Shown here: positions 27,859 to 38,488 of the stretch, in pieces
Layout: each line of letters opens with the position of its first letter
Numbering within the stretch: the first letter of the stretch is position 1
Notes under the pieces: model-generated
What the model was told of the DNA's origin: nothing
The model's input: the letters and a program-made list of their open reading frames with translations, nothing else
Database searches by the model: none
Source: Methanomicrobiales archaeon
GTDB taxonomy: Archaea; Halobacteriota; Methanomicrobia; Methanomicrobiales; Methanospirillaceae
Assembly (NCBI GenBank): GCA_037137755.1
Contig: JBAXJR010000005.1
Span: 23,026-87,025, forward strand
DNA length: 64,000 nucleotides
Direction: 5' to 3'
Program-made: the position numbers and the translations under genes

Positions 27859-30800
27859 ATGAAACTCCAGAAAAAAACACTTCTTGTTTTTGTTATTCTG
27901 CTCATATCGGTCCTCGTAGTTATCAGCATATTTTTTTCCACCATCCTCCTGGCAAGTTACAGTGCCCTTGAAGAGCAGTATATAGAGAAAGACCTCGCCC
28001 AGGCGGTCAGCAAGCTCGACGATGAATTTTTTACCATGTCTTCTATCGCCTCTGACTGGGGACCCTGGGATGACACGGTTGATTTTGTTAACGGGAATGA
28101 TACGGAGTACCTCAACTCAAATCTCCAGCCGTATGGTTTCGATAATCTCAACCTGAACCTTATTGTCCTCACCAACACGAAGGGAGAGGTCCTCTTTTCA
28201 GGTGCATATGATCTCGAGAATAAAGTGATGGCCCCGGTCCCGGCGTTCTTTTCAGGAAAACTGGACCTTAATAACCCCCTGATGAACATGTCGGACCCCC
28301 ACCAGGTAACAACGGGAGTTTTGATGCTGCCTGATGATCCTATGCTCGTTGTATCACAACCCATTGTCCATTCCGATTTTTCCGGCCCACCCCAGGGAGT
28401 AGTGATCATGGGGCGGTACCTCAGCAGGGAGGAAATAGCGAGGCTGGCAAAACTCACGCAACCCAGTCTTGCCTTCACCCGTACCGACTCCCCGGTATTG
28501 ACGCCAGACCTGCTCTCACATATCCGGGAGAACCGCGGGTCAGCACCGGGTATCATCCGGCAGCTGAACGGGAATGAGATTGCCGGATATGCCCTTATCC
28601 CGGATATTTATGGGAATGACGCGCTTGTTCTCCAGATTACTGAAGCCCGCGATATCTACCACCAGGGATTAAATACCACGATGCAGGTCCTCCTGATCAT
28701 TATCCTGAGCGGGGTGTTCCTGGGACTTGTGGTAATTATCCTGCTGGACCGTTTCCTGCTGGAAAGAATGAACTCACTGGCTATCCAGGTATATACGATC
28801 GGTAAATCAGGCAGTACAACGGAACATGTCACGATCGAAGGTGATGACGAACTCTCCGGGCTTGCGGCAGAAATAAACAGGATGCTGGATACGATCGAAC
28901 AGACGCAGTCGAAGGTCCAGGCCAGCGAGGCACGGTTCAGGGGACTTGCGGAGAACCTGCCGCTGGTCATCTTCGAGATGGACACGATCGGGAGGCTCCT
29001 GTATGTTAATAAGACCGGCGTTGAAATATTCGGGATTACCGAGGAAAAGATCGCCCAGGGAATTAATATCCGGCAATATTTATCCCCGGACAATATCGAA
29101 CAGATGCAACGCGGACTCTCTGCCGTGATGTCGGGTTTGAAATCTCCCGGAGAGATCTACACCTTAACGCAACTCGACGGTAACCTGATGCGGGCCATTG
29201 TGTCGACATCACTTATCTATCGGGAAGGCAGTGTTACCGGGTTCAGGGGAATAGTTATCGATATCACCGAACGGATCCGGCTCGAGGAAGCGCTCACCGA
29301 GAGCGAGGAATACCTCCAGTCGCTGATATGGTCAATCCGTGTTGGTATCATTGTCATTGACGTGGAGACCCACCGGATCATCGATGTAAACCCGGCGGCT
29401 CTTGAGATGATAGGTGCCACGAAAGATGCCGTTATCAACAAGCTATGCCACAACGTGATCTGTCCGGCAGAAATGGGAAGATGCCCGATAACCGATCTGA
29501 ACCAGACGGTGGATAATGCCGAGCGTACTCTGCTGACACCGGATGGCAGGAAGATTTCGATCATAAAATATGTTGTTCCGGTTATGCTTCATGGCAAGCC
29601 CTGCCTGCTTGAAACATTTATTGATAACAGCTACCGGAAACAGATCGAACTGAAGCTGGCAGAGAGCGAGGAAAAATACCGCTTTTTAATCGAGAACAGT
29701 CACAACATTATTTATATGCTTACCCTTGAGGGGGTATTCACCTTCGTCTCCCAGAGCTGGACTGCGCTCCTGGGCCAGCCGGTGAGTGAAGTGGTGGGAA
29801 GAGCATTCGGGCAATTTGTCCACCCGGATGATATCGCGGGATGCCTGGCATTCATGCAGAGTAAGATCGAGACAGGACAGGAACTAACCGGGGTCGAGTA
29901 CCGCGTGCAACATGCCGATGGGTCCTGGCGCTGGCACACTTCCAACCTGGTCCTACTCAAGGACGAATCCGGTACAACCGTTGCGTTCGAAGGCAGCGCC
30001 ACCGACATCACCAAACGCAAACTGGCGGAAGAGGCGCTGCGGGAGAGCGAGCAGCGGTTCGACCAGTTGGCCGAGCAGAGCGGCACCATCGCATGGGAAG
30101 TGGATGCCAGCGGTCTTTATATCTATGTCAGCCACGTTTCCGAAGCTGTCTGGGGCTACCGCCCGGACGAACTAGTGGGCAGGATGCATTTCTACGACCT
30201 GCACCCGGAATCCGGACGCGAGGAGTTCAGGACGGTCGCCTTCGCTTTCTTCGGGCGGAAGGAATCGTTCTGGAACCTGGAAAACGTTGTACAAGCCAAA
30301 GACGGCCACCAGGTAAATGTCTCCACCAACGGTATCCCGATCCTGAACCCTGACGGGACCCTGCGGGGCTATCGCGGTAGCGACACCGATATCACCGAAC
30401 GCAAGAAGATAGAAGATGCCCTCGTGGAAAGCGAGGGAAAATACCGGGCGCTTACGGAAAACACCAGAGATATTCTCTTCTCCATAGATATGGCAAATAT
30501 TTTCACGTATGTCTCACCGCAGATCAATAAATATGGTTTTCTTGCAGAGGAGATAATCGGAAAATCGCTTCGTGATGTCATTCACCCGGAGGATATCGTC
30601 CGGGTTGAAGACGACCTGTCCCGGGACCTCGAAAAGGGTGCCCGGTTCCATTCCACGTTCAGGATCCTCGATAAATGGGGAAATATCCACTGGTTTGACG
30701 AAGAAGGCACGTTACGGCTCGACCAGTATGGGATGCCCATCGGGATCTACGGGGTGCTCCGTGATGATTCTGAACGCAAGCGTGCTGAAGATGCGATAGA

Positions 30801-31461
30801 ACTTGCCAACAAAAAACTGAACCTGATGAACAACATCACGCGGCATGATATCCTCAATACCATCACCGGGTTGTTAGGTTGCGTGGATATGGCGAGCGCA
30901 ACCTCTTCCCCTGAAGAAAAGACGCAACTGCTCGATGATATCAGGGACCTTACCCGCATCATCCAGCGACAGATTGCATTTACCAGGGAGTACCAGGAGG
31001 TCGGCGTCCACCTGCCGTTATGGCAGAACGTTCATGGAGTGATCGGGAAGGTTTTGCAGAATTTTGAAAAGACCGGCATTCACTTTGAGATAGATCCCGG
31101 GAATATGGAGATCTATGCGGACCCGCTGCTGGAGAAAGTGTTCTACAACCTGGTTGATAATGCAACGAGGTACGGGGAGACAATCACGACGATAAGGATA
31201 TCCACCCAGACCTCCGGGAATCACGCCCTTCTGATTTTCGAGGATGATGGTGCAGGTATACCCGTTGATCAAAAAACCCGGGTCTTCGAGCGGGGTGTGG
31301 GAAGGAATACTGGTATGGGTTTGTTCCTCACCCGGGAGATACTCGCCATTACAGGGATTTCCATCCGGGAAAACGGGGTGCCGGGCAAGGGGGCACGGTT
31401 CGAGCTGCTGGTCCCGTGGGGCACATTTCGGTCTGGCAGTGACACATTGCCAATGGGTTAA
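27859..31461 (+). CDS. CHASE4-HAMP-multi-PAS sensor histidine kinase
   Basis: DWGPWDDTVDFV (CHASE4), GDDELSGLAAEINRML (HAMP), five PAS/PAC segments, ITRHDILNTI, DNATRYG. Confidence 0.92.
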   Translation: MKLQKKTLLVFVILLISVLVVISIFFSTILLASYSALEEQYIEKDLAQAVSKLDDEFFTMSSIASDWGPWDDTVDFVNGNDTEYLNSNLQPYGFDNLNLNLIVLTNTKGEVLFSGAYDLENKVMAPVPAFFSGKLDLNNPLMNMSDPHQVTTGVLMLPDDPMLVVSQPIVHSDFSGPPQGVVIMGRYLSREEIARLAKLTQPSLAFTRTDSPVLTPDLLSHIRENRGSAPGIIRQLNGNEIAGYALIPDIYGNDALVLQITEARDIYHQGLNTTMQVLLIIILSGVFLGLVVIILLDRFLLERMNSLAIQVYTIGKSGSTTEHVTIEGDDELSGLAAEINRMLDTIEQTQSKVQASEARFRGLAENLPLVIFEMDTIGRLLYVNKTGVEIFGITEEKIAQGINIRQYLSPDNIEQMQRGLSAVMSGLKSPGEIYTLTQLDGNLMRAIVSTSLIYREGSVTGFRGIVIDITERIRLEEALTESEEYLQSLIWSIRVGIIVIDVETHRIIDVNPAALEMIGATKDAVINKLCHNVICPAEMGRCPITDLNQTVDNAERTLLTPDGRKISIIKYVVPVMLHGKPCLLETFIDNSYRKQIELKLAESEEKYRFLIENSHNIIYMLTLEGVFTFVSQSWTALLGQPVSEVVGRAFGQFVHPDDIAGCLAFMQSKIETGQELTGVEYRVQHADGSWRWHTSNLVLLKDESGTTVAFEGSATDITKRKLAEEALRESEQRFDQLAEQSGTIAWEVDASGLYIYVSHVSEAVWGYRPDELVGRMHFYDLHPESGREEFRTVAFAFFGRKESFWNLENVVQAKDGHQVNVSTNGIPILNPDGTLRGYRGSDTDITERKKIEDALVESEGKYRALTENTRDILFSIDMANIFTYVSPQINKYGFLAEEIIGKSLRDVIHPEDIVRVEDDLSRDLEKGARFHSTFRILDKWGNIHWFDEEGTLRLDQYGMPIGIYGVLRDDSERKRAEDAIELANKKLNLMNNITRHDILNTITGLLGCVDMASATSSPEEKTQLLDDIRDLTRIIQRQIAFTREYQEVGVHLPLWQNVHGVIGKVLQNFEKTGIHFEIDPGNMEIYADPLLEKVFYNLVDNATRYGETITTIRISTQTSGNHALLIFEDDGAGIPVDQKTRVFERGVGRNTGMGLFLTREILAITGISIRENGVPGKGARFELLVPWGTFRSGSDTLPMG

Positions 31462-31509
31462 AGATAAGATGTCGCCTGACAACATCATGTAATTTCATCC
31501 GGTGATACC

Positions 31510-31878
31510 ATGGTTGAAAAATCGATACTCCTTGTAGAAGATGACGATATTATCGCCCGGGTTGCTGACTGGCGGTTGAAAAATCTTGGATATAAGGTCT
31601 GCGGGCGTGCCACGACCGCGGCAGAGGCGATAGAACTGGTGGTGAAGCAAAAACCCGATCTCGTCCTGATGGACATCAACATCAAAGGTGATATTGATGG
31701 GATCGAGACGGCCAAGATGATCAAGCAGGGTTTTAACATCCCCGTGATATTTGTGACGTCACATTCTGATGGTATCACGCTGGAACGTGCTAAAGCAGCG
31801 AATCCTGACGGGTTTATTATCAAACCATTCGTTGACAATGACCTTCGTGTGGCAATTGAACTTGCCCTGAATAAATAA
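31510..31878 (+). CDS. Single-domain response regulator
   Basis: LLVEDD, VLMDINI..DIDG, FVTS, IIKPF. Confidence 0.92.
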   Translation: MVEKSILLVEDDDIIARVADWRLKNLGYKVCGRATTAAEAIELVVKQKPDLVLMDINIKGDIDGIETAKMIKQGFNIPVIFVTSHSDGITLERAKAANPDGFIIKPFVDNDLRVAIELALNK

Positions 31879-32033
31879 TCCCGCTCAAACCGGGACCAGG
31901 AATCATTACCCGGGAACCGTGCAACATACAGCGCATTGAGTGAGATGATGAAAAAAACCAAGAGGGCAGCCTTGAGTGATGCCGGCAGCACAACACCGGA
32001 ACCTGCCGCTCCTGCAATTCCCGCCCCCCCTGA

Positions 32034-32208
32034 ACACCCACTCCTACACCAACTGTAACTTATACGCCAACCATAACCCCGAAAACAACCCCTACTCCTA
32101 CACCAGGATTATATGACCACATCATACTCTCTCCAGGCTGGAACTTTGTATCAACACCGAAGGTACTTGCGGCGGGATCTAATACGCTTCAATATTCAGT
32201 AATGTGAA
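32034..32208 (+). pseudogene. Orphan fragment of a Thr/Pro-linker cell-surface protein
   Basis: After an in-frame TGA: TPTPTPTVTYTPTITPKTTPTPTPGLYDHIILSPGWNFVSTPKVLAAGSNT. No start codon. Confidence 0.5.
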
Positions 32209-32289
32209 AATGGTAACCCCGTTGAATAAGAACATTGGAAAAAAATTCACACTCTGAAAAACTGTTCTTAACCCACAGCAAAGGCAGGA

Positions 32290-32475
32290 TTAGAATATCG
32301 TTGGCTTACAAACAATGAGGATCTGGCGTTTACAGTGCGGGCATTTTACTTCAATTTCAGCAGAGGGATTGATAGCAAACAAATCTTCTGAAATTATATT
32401 TGGTGTTACAATTCCATTACAAACAGGGCAATTGATGGTTGTAATGGGCCGATGAACGTTAACGGTGGGAAGCAT
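32290..32475 (-). CDS. Small zinc-ribbon protein
   Basis: INCPVCNG...EVKCPHCK. Start uncertain (32475 or 32511). Confidence 0.55.
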   Translation of the reverse strand: MLPTVNVHRPITTINCPVCNGIVTPNIISEDLFAINPSAEIEVKCPHCKRQILIVCKPTIF

Positions 32476-32610
32476 GGCTTTTTTTGTCTCTCTGCGACAG
32501 TTAACAGGCATCCTCCTTGTGTAATAACTTTTGTGACAATGTGATCCCATAACAAAAATGTATCTACTATCAAACCTACAAATGAAGTTAATGTCGGGTC
32601 AGGTCAGGTC

Positions 32611-35589
32611 ATGACTACATCGAAAAAAAAGACCCCTGCTAAGAAAAACGTCAGGGACAGCACGTCGGAACCACTATTCCCCATAATCGGGATCGGCGCC
32701 TCTGCCGGAGGGCTTGAAGCATTTGAACTCTTTTTCAAGACGATACCGGCCGACAGCGGGATGGCATTTATGCTCGTCCCCCACCTCGACCCGGGCCATG
32801 CAAGCATGCTCTCCGAGATTCTCCAGCGGATCACCACGATGCCCGTTCACGAGGCAGAGGACCAGGCATTAATTCAGGTCGACCATGTCTATATTATCCC
32901 GCCTAACAAGGACATGTCGATCTTCCACGGCACAATCCACCTGAGCGTCCCCGAACAGGCACGGGGACTGCGCCTCCCCATTGACTTCTTCATCCGGTCG
33001 CTTGCCGAGGACCAGGGAGAACGAGCGATCTGTGTTATCCTTTCAGGGAATGGGTCGGACGGCACGCTCGGGCTCCGGGCAGTCCACGGTGCAGGAGGGG
33101 TCTCGTTCGTGCAGGAGCCATCAACTGCCAAGTACGATGGCATGCCCACAAGCGCTGTCCAGAGCGGTCTTGCCACCTATGTGCTGCCGGTCGAGAAGAT
33201 CGCGGATCAGCTGGTCACCTACGTTAAAACCATCGTTCTTACCGGTGTTCCCCTGGCGCTCCCTAACCCTGCCGCAACCGGTGCCATGACCCGTATCCTG
33301 ATGCTCCTCCGTTCAAGGACCGGCAATGACTTTTCCCAGTACAAGAAGAGCACGATAACACGCCGTATCGAACGGAGGATGGTGGTACACGCCATCAGGG
33401 ATATGGACGCATACGCCCGGTACCTCCGGGAAAACCCCGCCGAGGTCCAGGTCCTGTTCAAGGAACTGCTCATCAACGTGACCAGCTTCTTCCGGGATAC
33501 AGAAGCGTTCGCCGCACTGAAACGTGAGGTCCTGACCCGGATGTTTGACGATAAACCCGAGAACTATATCTTCCGGGTCTGGGTGCCGGGGTGCGCCTCC
33601 GGTGAAGAGGCTTACTCCCTTGCCATACTCTTCCGCGAGTACATGGACGAGATCAACCTGGACTTCAAGTTCCAGATCTACGCGACCGATATCGATGACG
33701 ATGCCATCGCAACCGCACGGGCAGGCATGTACCCTGAGAACATCTCCATCGATGTCTCATCCGGGCGGCTGCGGCGGTTCTTTGCAAAGGAGGAGAACGG
33801 CTACCGGATTAAGAAGGAGATCCGGGAGATGGTCATCTTTGCCATCCAGAACGTGATCACCGACCCCCCGTTTACTAAAATGGACCTGATCAGCTGCCGG
33901 AACCTGCTGATCTACCTCGAAGCCGGTCCCCAGGAACGTATCATCCCGGCATTTCATTACGCCCTCCGGCCGGGTGGGGTACTATTCTTAAGCCCGTCCG
34001 AAGGCATCGGGAATTTTACCGATCTTTATGCACCGGTCGACAAAAAATGGAAGATCTATACCACGAAACCGTCTTCTGTATCTGCCAGGGCATTGGTGGC
34101 ACAGCGCTTTGCATGGACCGGCGACAGGCCTGGACGGGAGACGGGTGAAGCCCCGGTTGCAATAAATAAGACAAACTTCGCCGAACTGACAAAACGTGTG
34201 CTCCTCCAGTCCTACGCACCCCCGTCGGTCATCACGGACGAGAAAGGGAACATCGTCTACGTGCACGGCGATACCGGGAAGTACCTGCAGCCGGCACCCG
34301 GGCTGATAAGCACCAATGTCATCGATATGGCACGCGAAGGGCTCCAGCTCGACCTCCGGACCGCCATTATGACAGCAGCCCGGCAAAAGAAACCGGTTGT
34401 CGCAAAAGACCTGCCGGTCAGGACGAACGGCGGCATTCACGGGGTCGACCTGGCGGTACGGCCGCTTGCTGATACGGAGGTAACCGGGGAACTGCTCCTG
34501 ATCAGTTTCCAGGACGCCGGGCCGCACCCTCAGGAGAAAAACACCCGTGCGAAGCGTCCGCCTGTAAAAGGAGCCACAAAGCGCTTTGAAGAGCTGGAAC
34601 AGGAACTCGTGTTTACAAAAGAGAACCTGCAGGCGACAATCGAGGAGATGCAGGCGGCAAACGAGGAGCTCAAGTCCACGAACGAAGAACTCCAGTCGAC
34701 CAACGAAGAACTCCAGTCGACCAACGAGGAACTCGAGACGTCGAAGGAGGAGATGCAGTCAGTGAATGAAGAGATCGTGACCGTGAACTCAGAACTGCAG
34801 GCAAAGATCGCGCAGCTCACGGAGATCCAGAACGATATGAAAAACCTCCTCGAGAACGTCAATGTCGGCACCATATTTCTGGATGACCGCCTTGCGATCA
34901 AACGGTTCACCCGCGAGGCAGTAAAGGTGTACCGGCTTGCCCCCTCGGATATGGGACGACCACTCGCCGATATCCGGTCAAATATCCCGGGAGAAGACCT
35001 GGTTGCCGATGCCAAAGGTGTACTTGACACCCTCATTCCGCTGGAGAAACCGGTCCGTACGACCGGTAACGAATGGTATAATGTCCGCATCATGCCGTAC
35101 CGAACCTATGAGAACGTGATCGATGGTGTGGTGCTAACATTCTCCGATATCACCGTACTTAAAGCAGTCGAAGCAGAGTCCCGGGTTTCCCGCGACTATG
35201 CGCAGAGTATTGTGGACACGGTCCGGGAACCGTTGATCGTCCTGGACGGCAGGTTTGAGGTGGTCTCTGCCAGCCGGGCCTTCTACCAGAAATTCCAGGT
35301 GACCCCTGAAGAGACGCTGGGGCAGGTGTTGTATAAGCTCGGGAACAATCAGTGGGACATTCCCGGACTCCACGAACTGCTGGAGACCGTGCTGACGAAC
35401 AAGACCTCGTTTGAGAATTTCGAAGTTGGGCATGACTTCCCCGGAATAGGGAAGAGGAAGATGTTGTTAAACGCACGCCGGATCCCTGGCGAAGCAGGAA
35501 GTACGCAACTTCTTCTCCTAGCAATTGAGGATATCACAGCGCCCGGCACCCCGGGTACATCCCGCAAACCCGGTGGGAAGGGGGAATGA
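32611..35589 (+). CDS. CheB methylesterase-CheR methyltransferase fusion with PAS domains and a coiled coil
   Basis: GIGASAGG, VPH, SGNGSDG (CheB triad), then INVTSFFRD, WVPGCASGEEAYS, ATDID, CRNLLIY (CheR), EELQSTN heptads, and C-terminal PAS domains with no kinase. Confidence 0.93.
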   Translation: MTTSKKKTPAKKNVRDSTSEPLFPIIGIGASAGGLEAFELFFKTIPADSGMAFMLVPHLDPGHASMLSEILQRITTMPVHEAEDQALIQVDHVYIIPPNKDMSIFHGTIHLSVPEQARGLRLPIDFFIRSLAEDQGERAICVILSGNGSDGTLGLRAVHGAGGVSFVQEPSTAKYDGMPTSAVQSGLATYVLPVEKIADQLVTYVKTIVLTGVPLALPNPAATGAMTRILMLLRSRTGNDFSQYKKSTITRRIERRMVVHAIRDMDAYARYLRENPAEVQVLFKELLINVTSFFRDTEAFAALKREVLTRMFDDKPENYIFRVWVPGCASGEEAYSLAILFREYMDEINLDFKFQIYATDIDDDAIATARAGMYPENISIDVSSGRLRRFFAKEENGYRIKKEIREMVIFAIQNVITDPPFTKMDLISCRNLLIYLEAGPQERIIPAFHYALRPGGVLFLSPSEGIGNFTDLYAPVDKKWKIYTTKPSSVSARALVAQRFAWTGDRPGRETGEAPVAINKTNFAELTKRVLLQSYAPPSVITDEKGNIVYVHGDTGKYLQPAPGLISTNVIDMAREGLQLDLRTAIMTAARQKKPVVAKDLPVRTNGGIHGVDLAVRPLADTEVTGELLLISFQDAGPHPQEKNTRAKRPPVKGATKRFEELEQELVFTKENLQATIEEMQAANEELKSTNEELQSTNEELQSTNEELETSKEEMQSVNEEIVTVNSELQAKIAQLTEIQNDMKNLLENVNVGTIFLDDRLAIKRFTREAVKVYRLAPSDMGRPLADIRSNIPGEDLVADAKGVLDTLIPLEKPVRTTGNEWYNVRIMPYRTYENVIDGVVLTFSDITVLKAVEAESRVSRDYAQSIVDTVREPLIVLDGRFEVVSASRAFYQKFQVTPEETLGQVLYKLGNNQWDIPGLHELLETVLTNKTSFENFEVGHDFPGIGKRKMLLNARRIPGEAGSTQLLLLAIEDITAPGTPGTSRKPGGKGE
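34660..34740 (+). repeat. 21-bp heptad-coding tandem repeat inside the CheB-CheR gene
   Basis: AACGAAGAACTCCAGTCGACC twice exactly (34681-34722) with degenerate flanking copies. Confidence 0.8.
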
Positions 35590-36861
35590 ATGGTGGCTGG
35601 GAAGAAGAAACCGGAAGGTCCAGGCAGCACCCATTTGTTGAGGGACGATGCAGAGGCGCAGCTCAAACGGTCCCCGGAACGTTCTCCTGGCATGGAAGGG
35701 CAGACCCCACAACAACTTATCCACGAACTCGAGGTTCACCAGGTCGAGCTCGAGATGCAGGCTGAAGAGCTCAGGAGAGCGTATATCGCACTCGAGGAGT
35801 CACGGGACAAGTACCTTGACCTCTACGAATTCGCTCCGACAGGTTACTTCACGCTGACGGATAAGGCACTCATAACCGGAGTAAACCTCACCGGTGCGAT
35901 ACTGATGGGGGTTGAACGTGGAAACCTGCTTAATGCACCATTCAGTAAATTTGTTGCGGGACAAGATTCCGACCCGTGGCACCTGTATTTTATGCAAGTG
36001 CTGCAGAACGTGGAAAAACAGACCTGCACCCTGATTCTCAAACGGGGTGATGGCTCAGTATGGCCTGCCCGCCTGGAAAGTATCCGGCTCACCGGCTTAT
36101 CAGATGAAGTAAAAACGGTCCGGGTGGCAGTCAGTGATGTTAGTGATATCAGAAAAATGGAGGCCGCCCTCCGTACCACCAATAAAAAGCTCACCCTGCT
36201 CTCCAGCATTACCCGGCACGATATTAACAACCAGCTGATATCCGTCAACGGGTTTCTTGAGTTATTACACAGGAAAGTCCCTGATCCAGCACTTGAGGAC
36301 TATTTCACCCGGATCACGAAGGCGAGTACACGGATCTCTGCAATGATCCAGTTCACGAAAGAATATGAGCAGATCGGTGTATATGCACCTGCATGGCAGG
36401 ACTGCCGCACACTTGTGGATACAGCGGAAAAGGAAGCCCCACTCGGTCAGGTTGTGGTGAACAACGATCTCCCTGAAGGCATGGAAGTGTTTGCCGACTC
36501 GCTGCTTGTCAGGGTCTGTTACAACCTGATGGACAATGCGGTACGGTACGGGGGAAAGATCACTACCATCCGGTTCTCTGTTGAGGAACATGACGGTGAC
36601 CATATCATTGTGTGCAAAGACGATGGCGTCGGTATACCGGCTGAAGAGAAGGAGAATATTTTCGACCGGGGGTTCGGAAAGAACACCGGGCTTGGCCTTT
36701 TCCTCTCCCGGGAAATTCTGGATATTACTGGCATAACCATTACTGAAACCGGGGAGCCAGGCAAAGGGGCTCGGTTTGAGATGGTTGTGCCGAAGGGGGC
36801 GTTGCGGATGGCAGTGAGGGGGATTGAAAATGACAGCGGGAAAGAAGAAGCCGGAACATAA
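35590..36861 (+). CDS. Coiled coil-PAS histidine kinase, paralog 1
   Basis: LIHELEVHQVELEMQAEELRR, DLYEFAP, ITRHDINNQL, DNAVRYG. Confidence 0.9.
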   Translation: MVAGKKKPEGPGSTHLLRDDAEAQLKRSPERSPGMEGQTPQQLIHELEVHQVELEMQAEELRRAYIALEESRDKYLDLYEFAPTGYFTLTDKALITGVNLTGAILMGVERGNLLNAPFSKFVAGQDSDPWHLYFMQVLQNVEKQTCTLILKRGDGSVWPARLESIRLTGLSDEVKTVRVAVSDVSDIRKMEAALRTTNKKLTLLSSITRHDINNQLISVNGFLELLHRKVPDPALEDYFTRITKASTRISAMIQFTKEYEQIGVYAPAWQDCRTLVDTAEKEAPLGQVVVNNDLPEGMEVFADSLLVRVCYNLMDNAVRYGGKITTIRFSVEEHDGDHIIVCKDDGVGIPAEEKENIFDRGFGKNTGLGLFLSREILDITGITITETGEPGKGARFEMVVPKGALRMAVRGIENDSGKEEAGT

Positions 36862-38488
36862 GGAACCTGAAACTCCGGGAATTGAACGAACGCTTCGCGA
36901 TGTTGCAGAGGAGCAGCTCGCCCGCTCCCCGAAGCGTTCTCCTGGCATGGAAGGGCAGACACCGGAACAACTCGTCCACGAGCTCAGTGTGCACCAGATT
37001 GAACTTGAGATGCAGGCTGAAGCGCTCAGAAGTGCTCAAAATGCACTGGAGGAGTCACGGGAAAAGTTCCTTGACCTCTACGAATTCGCCCCGCTTGGCT
37101 ATTTCACGCTCACCGACAAGGCTCTGATTGCAGAGGTGAACCTCACCGGTGCGACACTCATCGGCGTAGAGCGGAAAAAACTACTTGTGGCACGGTTCAG
37201 AAAATTCGTAAGCCCCGGAGATTTTGAACAATGGGACCGGTATCTCATTCGCCTGCTGATGCAGGACAACAACCAGTCCTGCATCCTCACGCTCAAACGG
37301 GGGGACGGTTCAACGTTCCCCGCCCGGCTGGAAGGCATCCGGACTAACGGGTTCGATGGAATAATTAGCGTCCGCATTGCGATCAGTGACATTACTGATA
37401 TCTGGCAGATCGAGGCGCTGAAGGTGAGTGAGACCCGGTACCGGCGCCTCTTTGAGACTGCCCAGGACGGAATTCTCATCCTCGATGCCGGCAGCGGGCA
37501 GATCGTCGAGGTGAACCCATTTTTGATTGATATGCTGGGCTTCTCGCGTGAACAGTTCCTTGGAAAGAAAATATGGGAGATCGGGCTTTTCAAGGATATC
37601 GTTGCCAACAAGGAGAACTTCGAAGAACTGCAACGGCAGGAGTATATCCGTTACGAGGATATGCCGCTGGAAACAGCCGGTGGGCAACGGATCGCGGTGG
37701 AATTTATCAGTAATGTCTACATGGTGAGTAATAAGAAGGTCATCCAGTGTAACATCCGTGACATTACCGCACGAAAACGTGTGGAAGATGCACTGGCTCT
37801 TACAAGCAAAAAGCTGAACCTCCTGTCAGGTATCACCCGGCACGACATCAACAACCAGCTCACGATACTGCTGGGGTACCTCAAAATTCTCGAAAACAAG
37901 CAGTCCGATCCCACACTCATCGAGTATTTCCTGAAGGTTTCGAACGCTGCAAAACGGATCTCCGCCATGATCCGATTTACCAAGGAATACGAGGAGATTG
38001 GTGTCCATGCTCCCACCTGGCAGGATACCCGTACTCTCATAGCTACTGCGGCAAAGCAAGCCCCTCTTGGGCAGGTTGTGGTGAAAAATGATCTCCCTGC
38101 CGGAGCAGAAGTGTTCGCTGACCCGCTGATGGTCAAGGTGTTTTACAACCTGATGGACAACGCTGCCCGGTACGGAGGAAAGATTACGACCATTCGTTTC
38201 TCTGCTCTGGACCGTGATGGGGATGATCATCTCATCGTATGCGAAGATGATGGCGAAGGTGTCCCGCAGGATGAGAAGGAACGGATCTTCGAGCGGGGCT
38301 TTGGGAAGAACACCGGTCTTGGTTTAGCCTTATCAAGGGAGATCCTCTCTATTACCGGCATCACCATCCGTGAGACGGGTGAACCGGGCAAAGGTGCACG
38401 GTTCGAGATGGTCGTGCCGAAGGGAATGTGGCGTAATGCTGGTGAGGGGATTGAAAATGACAGCGGGAAAAAAGAAGCCGGAACATAA
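36830..38488 (+). CDS. Coiled coil-PAS-PAS histidine kinase, paralog 2
   Basis: LVHELSVHQIELEMQAE, ITRHDINNQL, DNAARYG. Start overlaps paralog 1 by 32 bp. Confidence 0.9.
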   Translation: MTAGKKKPEHKEPETPGIERTLRDVAEEQLARSPKRSPGMEGQTPEQLVHELSVHQIELEMQAEALRSAQNALEESREKFLDLYEFAPLGYFTLTDKALIAEVNLTGATLIGVERKKLLVARFRKFVSPGDFEQWDRYLIRLLMQDNNQSCILTLKRGDGSTFPARLEGIRTNGFDGIISVRIAISDITDIWQIEALKVSETRYRRLFETAQDGILILDAGSGQIVEVNPFLIDMLGFSREQFLGKKIWEIGLFKDIVANKENFEELQRQEYIRYEDMPLETAGGQRIAVEFISNVYMVSNKKVIQCNIRDITARKRVEDALALTSKKLNLLSGITRHDINNQLTILLGYLKILENKQSDPTLIEYFLKVSNAAKRISAMIRFTKEYEEIGVHAPTWQDTRTLIATAAKQAPLGQVVVKNDLPAGAEVFADPLMVKVFYNLMDNAARYGGKITTIRFSALDRDGDDHLIVCEDDGEGVPQDEKERIFERGFGKNTGLGLALSREILSITGITIRETGEPGKGARFEMVVPKGMWRNAGEGIENDSGKKEAGT

